64,000 bases of DNA from an uncultured Methylomirabilota bacterium (GTDB lineage: Bacteria > Methylomirabilota > Methylomirabilia > Methylomirabilales > 2-02-FULL-66-22). Made by a program: the position numbers and the translations under genes. Shown here piece by piece: positions 53,164-60,385 of this stretch. Under the pieces are notes generated by a model. The model was not told the DNA's origin. It ran no database searches and saw only the letters and a program-made list of their open reading frames with translations. Location of the stretch: contig OY970067.1 in the NCBI GenBank assembly GCA_963705305.1, positions 2,368,001-2,432,000 on the forward strand, in the 5' to 3' direction. Within the stretch, counting starts at the first letter, position 1. Each line of letters starts with the position of its first letter.

Positions 53164-54794
53164 CAACCAAGAAAGAACCATCCGGGCTGAATCGAGGGGA
53201 CTGCGGGACTGCTCTGCAGACGGAAGAAGCCACCTTCTTCGAGGAGTGGCTGGCCGCAGGCCAGCCCCCGGAGCAGCTCTCGATCAGCGCCGTCTGCAAC
53301 GCCCGCTGCCTCTTCTGCTCGAACCGGATGAATCCTTTCCCGGTCACGCAAAATGTGTTTCGGGACATTGAAGACGTCAAGCTGCAGCTCTCGTTGAGCT
53401 CCGCCAACCATCAGGGCGATATTCACATGAGCGATTCCCTGCCGGGGCGGATTTCGGAAGGGGAGGCCTTTCTGCACCCCCGGTTTTTTGACATTCTCAC
53501 CCTCGTCCGGGAAAAATTCCTGGCCAATTGCCTGCACTTCACGACCAACGCTTCCCTGCTCGACGAGCGTTTCGTGCAAAAACTCGAACCCTTCCGTCCG
53601 GTCGAAATCAACATTTCCCTGCACTCCACGCAGCCGAAGCTGTGGACCCGGATTTTCCAATCTTCGGAGAGACGAGCCCGGACTGCCTTGAACTCTTTTG
53701 ATCTTCTGAAGAAGCATCACATCGACTTTACGGGAACCATCGTCCCTTTGCCCCGAATTTGCGGGTGGAACGACCTCGAAAACACCTTTGCTTTCCTGGT
53801 GGGCGCGGGGGCCAAATCCATCATTCTGTGGTGGCCTGGGTTCTCGGAAAAAACGCCTGCCGGGTTAAAAAGGGAAATCGAATGCCCCTGGGATGAATTC
53901 GGGGATTTCGTGAAGCACATGCAGGAAAAGTTTCCACGATTTCCGGTGATCCCGCAGCCGAACCCGCTGGAGCCCCGGAGGTTGCCGATCAAGCGGATCA
54001 TGAATTTTACGCTTCAGGGAAACCTGAAGACCTTCGGGGGGGCTTTTCGGCACGTGCTGTGGCTCGTTTCCGAGGCAGCCTATCCGGAAATGTCCAAACT
54101 GGTGGCGGAATTTGCGCAGGATGTCCCCAATGAACACCATGTCTTCCCGGTAAGAAACAGATCTTATGGCGGCAACATCCAGGTCAGCGGGCTGCTGATG
54201 GTCTCAGACTTTCTGGCTGCGGGAACGGAGGCACTGCAGAGGTGGCCAGCCGTCGATCTCGTGCTTGTTCCCAAAATGGCGTTTGACGCCTTCTTTCGCG
54301 ATCTGCAGAAGACGCCTGCCTACAAGATTCCGGAAGGGCTGGGAAGAACTACGTGGTTGGTCTTTGAGAAGGGCTCGTTCCTTTCTCTCAAGGGTCGCGG
54401 GTTCGTCACGCCGGAGAATGATCCCCAAAAGACCCTTGAGAAGTTGCTGAAGGTCATTGACGAATCGATACAGGCGGACAAGCTTGATGTCCTTTCGGCG
54501 ATGGTTGCCGCCTTTCCGATTCCGACCTCGGAAGGCATTCTGAAAGAAGGGGAATTCGGGGACTTTTTGAAGGGGATCAAGAAGGGCCAGTCTCCGACCG
54601 GAGCGTTCGAGAAGCGCGTATTTGAAAAGCTTGACGACCATCGCGTTGTTTGCATGGAAGAGCGGCCGACCGCAGATCCGTCCGAAGCGTCTGCTCGCTG
54701 GGTATTTTTCAGGAGAATAGGAAAGGACTGGAAGCTGGAAATGATTTTCTTTTCGCGCATTTCTGTTGACAGTGGATCAGATGGTTCGCTATGA
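53160..54794 (+). CDS. radical SAM protein with a DUF512-like domain
   Basis: 'CNARCLFC', 'INISLHST', 'NRSYGGNIQVSGLL..DF'; GTGA overlap with the upstream gene. Confidence 0.8.
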   Translation: MTTKKEPSGLNRGDCGTALQTEEATFFEEWLAAGQPPEQLSISAVCNARCLFCSNRMNPFPVTQNVFRDIEDVKLQLSLSSANHQGDIHMSDSLPGRISEGEAFLHPRFFDILTLVREKFLANCLHFTTNASLLDERFVQKLEPFRPVEINISLHSTQPKLWTRIFQSSERRARTALNSFDLLKKHHIDFTGTIVPLPRICGWNDLENTFAFLVGAGAKSIILWWPGFSEKTPAGLKREIECPWDEFGDFVKHMQEKFPRFPVIPQPNPLEPRRLPIKRIMNFTLQGNLKTFGGAFRHVLWLVSEAAYPEMSKLVAEFAQDVPNEHHVFPVRNRSYGGNIQVSGLLMVSDFLAAGTEALQRWPAVDLVLVPKMAFDAFFRDLQKTPAYKIPEGLGRTTWLVFEKGSFLSLKGRGFVTPENDPQKTLEKLLKVIDESIQADKLDVLSAMVAAFPIPTSEGILKEGEFGDFLKGIKKGQSPTGAFEKRVFEKLDDHRVVCMEERPTADPSEASARWVFFRRIGKDWKLEMIFFSRISVDSGSDGSL

Positions 54795-54854
54795 AGGGTG
54801 TATCTTTATTGAACCTATTGAAAAGGATGCCGTAAGCGCAATAGGGGGAGGAAC

Positions 54855-55049
54855 ATGAAAGACGACAGGAAAGAGTGGGTCCCGCCCCAATTGATCGTCC
54901 TGGGCAGGGGAACGCCGGAGGAGAATGTCCTGGGCGGCTGCAAGACCTCAACGCTGACGGGTTCCGGCGCCACGAAGACCAGCTGCAAGAAAAAAACGGG
55001 TTCTACTTGCGCCTCAACCCGGTGCAGCACCATTTCCAAAACGTCTTAG
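54855..55049 (+). CDS. putative RiPP precursor peptide (64 aa)
   Basis: GGGGAGGA RBS; leader WxxPxL..PEENVLGG; 36-aa Cys/Thr/Ser/Lys-rich core. Confidence 0.85.
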   Translation: MKDDRKEWVPPQLIVLGRGTPEENVLGGCKTSTLTGSGATKTSCKKKTGSTCASTRCSTISKTS

Positions 55050-55059
55050 GTTTTCGTTC

Positions 55060-57033
55060 TTGGATAGACAAGCGAACCTCAGTAAAAGCGCGAGACGCAT
55101 CCCACGGCTGCCCCTCGAAGGCAACATCGATCTGACCTACCGGTGTAACTGCAACTGCCGCCACTGCTGGCTGTGGCTGCCGGCAAACGACAAAGTCGAG
55201 AAACGGGAGCTTTCATTCGACGACATCGATAGAATTGTGGGTGAAGCCCGGGCGATGGGCTGCCGCAGGTGGCTGATTTCCGGCGGCGAACCCATGCTGC
55301 GTCCCGACTTCGTCGATATTTTCGATATGATCACGCGCCGCTCGCTTTCCTATTCGCTGAATACGAACGGCACGCTGATCACGCCGACCATCGCCCGCCT
55401 GCTGCGAAGAAAAGGCGCGAAGATGGTCGCTCTCTACGGGGCGACCGCGGAAATCCACGATCACATTACGCGGACCCCCGGATCCTTTGCGGCGGTCCTG
55501 CGGGGTTTTGCCTACCTCCGGGAGGCCAGGGCGGGTTTCATCGTCCAGCTCATCCCCATGCGCGACAATTATCATGAGTTCGACGCCATGATGCGGCTCG
55601 CCCGCTCCCTGAGCCCCGTGTACCGCGTGGGCGCACCGTGGCTGTACCTTTCCGCCTGCCGCAGCGCCGTCCGCAACCGCGAAATTTCACGGCAGAGGTT
55701 GGACCCGGCGGATACGATCCGCGTCGAACCGCCCGATGCCGTCGATGACGATGGGCCGATGACCCAGATCGAGGGGGACGGCAAGCCGCCGTCCCGCCTT
55801 CAGCCCGGCGCAGACGGCCGGCTTTTCGAGGCCTGCATCGAAGGATGCCGGGATTTCCACATCGATCCCTACGGCGGTATGACCTTCTGCCCCTTCATCA
55901 AAGACCCTGCGCTGCGCTACAATCTGCGGAAGGGAAGTTTTCGGGAGGCATGGGATGCGTTCATCCCTTCGCTTGCCGAGAAGGTACACGCCGATCCGGA
56001 GTATGAGGAAAACTGCGGCCGCTGCGAAAAACGCGTGGATTGCCGCTGGTGCCCCGCCTATGCCTACCTGGAAGAAGGCCGATACTCGGCGAAGGTCCCG
56101 TACCTGTGCGCTCTTGCGGATGGAACGCGATCTTACAAGGAAAACTGGCTGCGGCATCACCGCCGGTATTTCCGAATTGCCGGCGTAACGATCCGGGTGG
56201 ATTCCGATCTTCCGTTCACGGAAAAGACCTTTGACCCGAAGTTCAAGAAGTTCGAAGCGGAGGGCCCGTCGGAAGATACGATTTCCTTGCGCCATCATTT
56301 TTCGGTCCCGAAATTTGACCGGGACGACACGGGCCAGGAGATGTACCGCCGGGCGCCCTGGGCGATCTACCGCAAGGGCCGATCCTGGATCTATCTGGGC
56401 ATCGGGCCCGGGCGGCGCGATCGATCTATCCACTGCGCGGCCGCATTTAATGAGGGGCATACGCGGGGGCGGATCTACAACCACGGCGAAGCCCGTTTTC
56501 GCCATGGGAACCTGCACGCCCTGACGCTGTTCCCCTCCGATCAGATCCTGCTGGCGCGGGCGCTTGCCGACCGCCAGGCCTGCTTTGTCCACGCCGCGGG
56601 GGTGGACATCGGCGGGAAGGGGCTCCTGCTGGTGGGGCATTCCGGAGCCGGGAAAACCACGGCGGCGAGAATGCTGCGGACGCATGGGGAAGTGCTCTGC
56701 GACGACCGGATCGTCGTGCGCCGCTGGCCGGAGGGGCTCCGCATCCACGGGACCTGGAGCCACGGCGAGCTGCCGGACGTGTCCGCCGGCTCCGCCCCGC
56801 TTTCCGCCATCCTGTTCCTCGAAAAGGCGGATGGAAACCGCCTCGTGCCGGTGACGAGGACCATCGAGATCGCGCGGCTTCTTGCCCAGCATGTGGTGAG
56901 GCCTCTGGTGACGGCCGACTGGTGGGAAAAGATCCTGGCCCTGGTAGACACCGTGGCGCGGGAGGCTCCGGCATACCGACTCGAGTTCGACAAGAGCGGC
57001 CGGATGATTGAGGATGTCGCGAAAATACTGTGA
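55060..57033 (+). CDS. radical SAM/SPASM enzyme fused to an HPr-kinase-like P-loop domain
   Basis: 'CNCNCRHC', 'GGEP', SPASM 'CGRC....DCRWCP'; C-terminal 'HAAGV..GHSGAGKTT..LCDD'; start uncertain. Confidence 0.85.
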   Translation: MDRQANLSKSARRIPRLPLEGNIDLTYRCNCNCRHCWLWLPANDKVEKRELSFDDIDRIVGEARAMGCRRWLISGGEPMLRPDFVDIFDMITRRSLSYSLNTNGTLITPTIARLLRRKGAKMVALYGATAEIHDHITRTPGSFAAVLRGFAYLREARAGFIVQLIPMRDNYHEFDAMMRLARSLSPVYRVGAPWLYLSACRSAVRNREISRQRLDPADTIRVEPPDAVDDDGPMTQIEGDGKPPSRLQPGADGRLFEACIEGCRDFHIDPYGGMTFCPFIKDPALRYNLRKGSFREAWDAFIPSLAEKVHADPEYEENCGRCEKRVDCRWCPAYAYLEEGRYSAKVPYLCALADGTRSYKENWLRHHRRYFRIAGVTIRVDSDLPFTEKTFDPKFKKFEAEGPSEDTISLRHHFSVPKFDRDDTGQEMYRRAPWAIYRKGRSWIYLGIGPGRRDRSIHCAAAFNEGHTRGRIYNHGEARFRHGNLHALTLFPSDQILLARALADRQACFVHAAGVDIGGKGLLLVGHSGAGKTTAARMLRTHGEVLCDDRIVVRRWPEGLRIHGTWSHGELPDVSAGSAPLSAILFLEKADGNRLVPVTRTIEIARLLAQHVVRPLVTADWWEKILALVDTVAREAPAYRLEFDKSGRMIEDVAKIL

Positions 57034-57060
57034 AACGTCCCCGCCGATCGGGATCACGGC

Positions 57061-58245
57061 ATGACGGAACGCACGTATGTTGATAAGAGGAATATCGGTC
57101 ATGCCCCCCACTGGGGAGGAGAGGGGCCTCCCGCGGTTCATCTCGACATCGAGCTAACGGAGCGCTGCAACAACACCTGCATCCACTGCTGCATCAACAA
57201 ACCGGCTGGGGACAAGCGGAGCCTGGCCCGCGAGCTTGAGACCTCCGCCTGGAAGGACATCCTCCGCCAGGCCGCCGAGCTGGGGGTGATGACGGTCCGT
57301 TTCACCGGCGGCGAGCCGCTGCTCCGGCAGGATTTTTCCGACCTGTACCTGTTTGCGCGCCGCCTCGGGCTGAAGGTGATGCTGTTCACCAACGCCCGGC
57401 TCATCGGGCCGCACATCGCCGCACTGCTGGCCGATGTTCCCCCCCTCGAAGATATCGAGATTTCCGTATACGGCATGAGCAGGGAGTCCTATGAAGCCGT
57501 CACGGGCGTTGACGGTTCTTACGCCGAGTTCCGCAATGGCGTGCAGTGTCTGCTCGACAGAAAGATCCCTTTCGCTGTAAAAGGAGCGCTGCTGCCGCCC
57601 AATAAACATGAAATGGCGGAATTCGCTGCCTGGGCGGCCGCCAACACTCGGATGGATATCCCTCCCACGTACGCCATGTTCTTTGACCTGCGGGGGCGGC
57701 GGGATTCCGCCGCCAAAGACAGCAGGATCAGGCGCCTGCGCGTCTCTCCCGAAGAGGGCCTGCAGATCCTCACCCGGCATCCGGACCGGTACCTGAAGGA
57801 GATGTCCGAATTCTTTGAAAGGTATTCATCGCCTCCCGGTGACCGGCTGTTCACCTGTGGAATCGGACCGGGTTGCGTGGATGCCTACGGTGTTTTCCAG
57901 CCCTGCCTGTCGCTCCGACACCCCGATTTGACTTCTGATTTAAAAAGAGGCGCCCTGAAAGAAGCCCTGGCGTCCGGAGTCACCCGCCTTCGAGAAATGA
58001 AGGCCACGAATCCGCTTTATCTCAAACGATGCGCACGCTGTTTCCTGAGGGGCTTCTGTGAGCAATGCCCGGCCAAGTCATGGTCTGAACACGGCACGCT
58101 GGACAGGCCGGTCGAATACTGCTGCCGGGTGGCCCATGCGCAGGCCCGGTTTCTGGGGCTCGTCATGGAGAAAGAACGGGCATGGGAGGTCCGCGACAGC
58201 GCAGAAAGAATACAGAACCTCAGAAGGAGAGTGGCGGCGACATGA
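57061..58245 (+). CDS. radical SAM/SPASM enzyme
   Basis: 'CNNTCIHC', 'GGEP', 'CARC....FCEQCP...YCC'. Confidence 0.9.
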   Translation: MTERTYVDKRNIGHAPHWGGEGPPAVHLDIELTERCNNTCIHCCINKPAGDKRSLARELETSAWKDILRQAAELGVMTVRFTGGEPLLRQDFSDLYLFARRLGLKVMLFTNARLIGPHIAALLADVPPLEDIEISVYGMSRESYEAVTGVDGSYAEFRNGVQCLLDRKIPFAVKGALLPPNKHEMAEFAAWAAANTRMDIPPTYAMFFDLRGRRDSAAKDSRIRRLRVSPEEGLQILTRHPDRYLKEMSEFFERYSSPPGDRLFTCGIGPGCVDAYGVFQPCLSLRHPDLTSDLKRGALKEALASGVTRLREMKATNPLYLKRCARCFLRGFCEQCPAKSWSEHGTLDRPVEYCCRVAHAQARFLGLVMEKERAWEVRDSAERIQNLRRRVAAT

Positions 58246-58550
58246 AGAAGATACGGATGGACATGGTTTTTTCCCACTCCAGCGATGTGGTGTCGAGGGA
58301 AATTGACGGCGCTTTGATTATCGTCCCCCTCACATCCGGCGTGGGCGATATGGAAGACGACCTGTTTTCCATGAATGAATCCGGTACGGAAATCTGGAGC
58401 ATGCTGGACGGCAAAAAGACCTTGCAAGAGATCGTCGAGGCCCTGGCTCGGCAATACCATGCCGAGCCGGGAGAGATCGAACGGGACGTCGCTGGAATCG
58501 TCGAGGAATTGCTCAAAAGGAGAATGCTTGTCGAAGCGACCGCCGCGTGA
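58242..58550 (+). CDS. PqqD-family RiPP recognition element
   Basis: 'SREIDG..IIVP', 'MNESGTEIWSMLDG..TLQEIVEAL..QY', 'DV..IVEEL'. Confidence 0.9.
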   Translation: MKKIRMDMVFSHSSDVVSREIDGALIIVPLTSGVGDMEDDLFSMNESGTEIWSMLDGKKTLQEIVEALARQYHAEPGEIERDVAGIVEELLKRRMLVEATAA

Positions 58551-59058
58551 ATACCTGCATCCCGCGATGCGGAAAGTCGGCCTGCCCCTTTCCGGAGAGG
58601 CCCTGATTGCGCTCATGCAGACTGTGCATGGGAAAGGATTCCCCTTCCGATTCAGCGCCGGCGGATACAGCATGACGCCCTTCATCAGGGATGGCGACGT
58701 GATCACCGTCTCTTCCCTGGCTTCGCATGCGCCGCGTCGGGGGGACGTCGTGGCGTTCGTCCACCCGGAAACACAACGGCTTTGCCTGCACCGGGTGCTG
58801 TCCGTCCATGGAGACAGCTTCTTCATCCAGGGCGACAATATGCCTGAAAGACCGGACGGTGTGATTCCGCGAGAGGCGATTCTCGGGCGGGTCACGGGTA
58901 TCGAGCGCGCCGGCAGGAGAGTCAGACTGGGGCTCGGCCCCGAACGCCTGCTGGTCGCCATTCTGAGCCGATGCGGAGGCATGGCCCTGACCCGGCGGTA
59001 TGCCGGCTGGCTCCATGCCTATTTCAGCAGGAGCCACGGATCGTGCGAAAAGCGTTAG
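58528..59058 (+). CDS. S24/S26-family peptidase (probable leader peptidase)
   Basis: 'GYSMTPFIRDGD', 'GDVVAF', 'LHRV', 'QGDN'; start approximate. Confidence 0.8.
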   Translation: MSKRPPREYLHPAMRKVGLPLSGEALIALMQTVHGKGFPFRFSAGGYSMTPFIRDGDVITVSSLASHAPRRGDVVAFVHPETQRLCLHRVLSVHGDSFFIQGDNMPERPDGVIPREAILGRVTGIERAGRRVRLGLGPERLLVAILSRCGGMALTRRYAGWLHAYFSRSHGSCEKR

Positions 59059-60188
59059 TATCCTATACGAGCCTGCCCGATTTTGCGCTCTGGGATGCAC
59101 TCGGGGACAGGCGGATTCCGCTGTCCTTCGATCTCGAGGTGACCGCCCGCTGCAACAACAATTGCCGTCATTGCTACATCAACCTCCCGCCGGACGATAG
59201 CGCGGCTCTGCGTGATGAACTGACGCTGGAGGAAATCAGCCGCATTGCGGACCAGGCTGTCTCCCTCGGGTCCCTCTGGTGCCTGATAACGGGCGGCGAA
59301 CCTCTTCTCCGAGCAGATTTTCCTGATCTGTACCGGCTGCTGAAGAGCAAGGGCCTGTTGGTTTCCCTTTTTACCAATGCCTGCCTGGTCACGGAGAAGC
59401 ACATACAACTGTTCAGGAGCTATCCCCCGCGGGATATCGAGGTCACCGTGTATGGCGCCACGGGCGAGACGTATGAACGGGTGACCCGTAGTTCCGGCTC
59501 CTATGCGGCGTTCCGCCGCGGCCTGACCCTGCTGCTCGAGGGGGGGGTCAAGGTGAATCTGAAGACCATGGTGCTGCGTTCCAATAAGCATGAACTGCCG
59601 GCTATCGCCCGTTTCTGCCGAGAAAGAACGAAAGGCCCTTTTCGCTTCGATCCCATGCTGCACCTGCGGTTTGACGGAAACGAGCGAAGAAACGATGAAA
59701 TACGCGCAGAGAGGCTGACGGCCGAGGAGATCATCGGGATTGAACAGGCGGATCCGGAGCGGTTGGCGGCCATGGAAAAGAGATGCGGCATGCTGGAGAC
59801 AGCCGCCGCCGAGGCAGGACCGGATTATCGTCTTTTTCAGTGCCAGGCGGGAGGAGAGAGTTTCGCCGTGAGCTGCAACGGTCTCTTCCGTCTCTGCTCG
59901 TCTCTGTGGCAGCCTGACTGTCTCTACGATCTGTGCCAGGGCACGCTGGCCGAAGCCTGGTTCGATTTCACCCCGCGGATACGCGCAATCACCTCGGACA
60001 ACACTGAATATCTCGAGACCTGCCGCCTGTGTCCCCTCATGAATCTGTGCCAATGGTGCCCCGCCCATGCCCATCTGGAGTGCGGCCGCATGGATGAACG
60101 GTGTGGATACTTCTGCCGCGTGACACAGGCACGGGCGGAAGCGTTCGGGAAGCGGGAAAAGGCGGCATCCACATCCGAAGAAAGATGA
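59043..60188 (+). CDS. radical SAM/SPASM enzyme
   Basis: 'CNNNCRHC', 'GGEP', 'CRLC....LCQWCP...YFC'. Confidence 0.9.
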   Translation: MRKALVSYTSLPDFALWDALGDRRIPLSFDLEVTARCNNNCRHCYINLPPDDSAALRDELTLEEISRIADQAVSLGSLWCLITGGEPLLRADFPDLYRLLKSKGLLVSLFTNACLVTEKHIQLFRSYPPRDIEVTVYGATGETYERVTRSSGSYAAFRRGLTLLLEGGVKVNLKTMVLRSNKHELPAIARFCRERTKGPFRFDPMLHLRFDGNERRNDEIRAERLTAEEIIGIEQADPERLAAMEKRCGMLETAAAEAGPDYRLFQCQAGGESFAVSCNGLFRLCSSLWQPDCLYDLCQGTLAEAWFDFTPRIRAITSDNTEYLETCRLCPLMNLCQWCPAHAHLECGRMDERCGYFCRVTQARAEAFGKREKAASTSEER

Positions 60189-60208
60189 AGGGCTTATCCT
60201 GCTCCCAG

Positions 60209-60385
60209 TGAAGTCGACGCCACCCTGACGCTCTGGGGGGATCCCTGGCGCGGAGGTGGCTACGGTCGACAACAGTCCCGAGCCCGTGGAACGCTGGATT
60301 GCCAAGGGCCGAGCGGCGCTCGTGCTCGCCATCCCGAAGGGGGAGACGACAATCGCGGAGGCCGCCCGCCGGCACGGCCTCAGGG
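60209..60385 (+). mobile_element. IS3-family OrfA (DUF1153-like) remnant
   Basis: '[30 protein letters not shown]', truncated; preceded by a TG-starting end. Confidence 0.65.

Noticed and set aside
51910..60188. Lasso peptide, lanthipeptide or PQQ cluster
   Set aside because: There is no asparagine-synthetase-like cyclase or transglutaminase B2, no Asp/Glu acceptor in the core, no LanB/C/M, and no PqqB/C or ExxxY motif.
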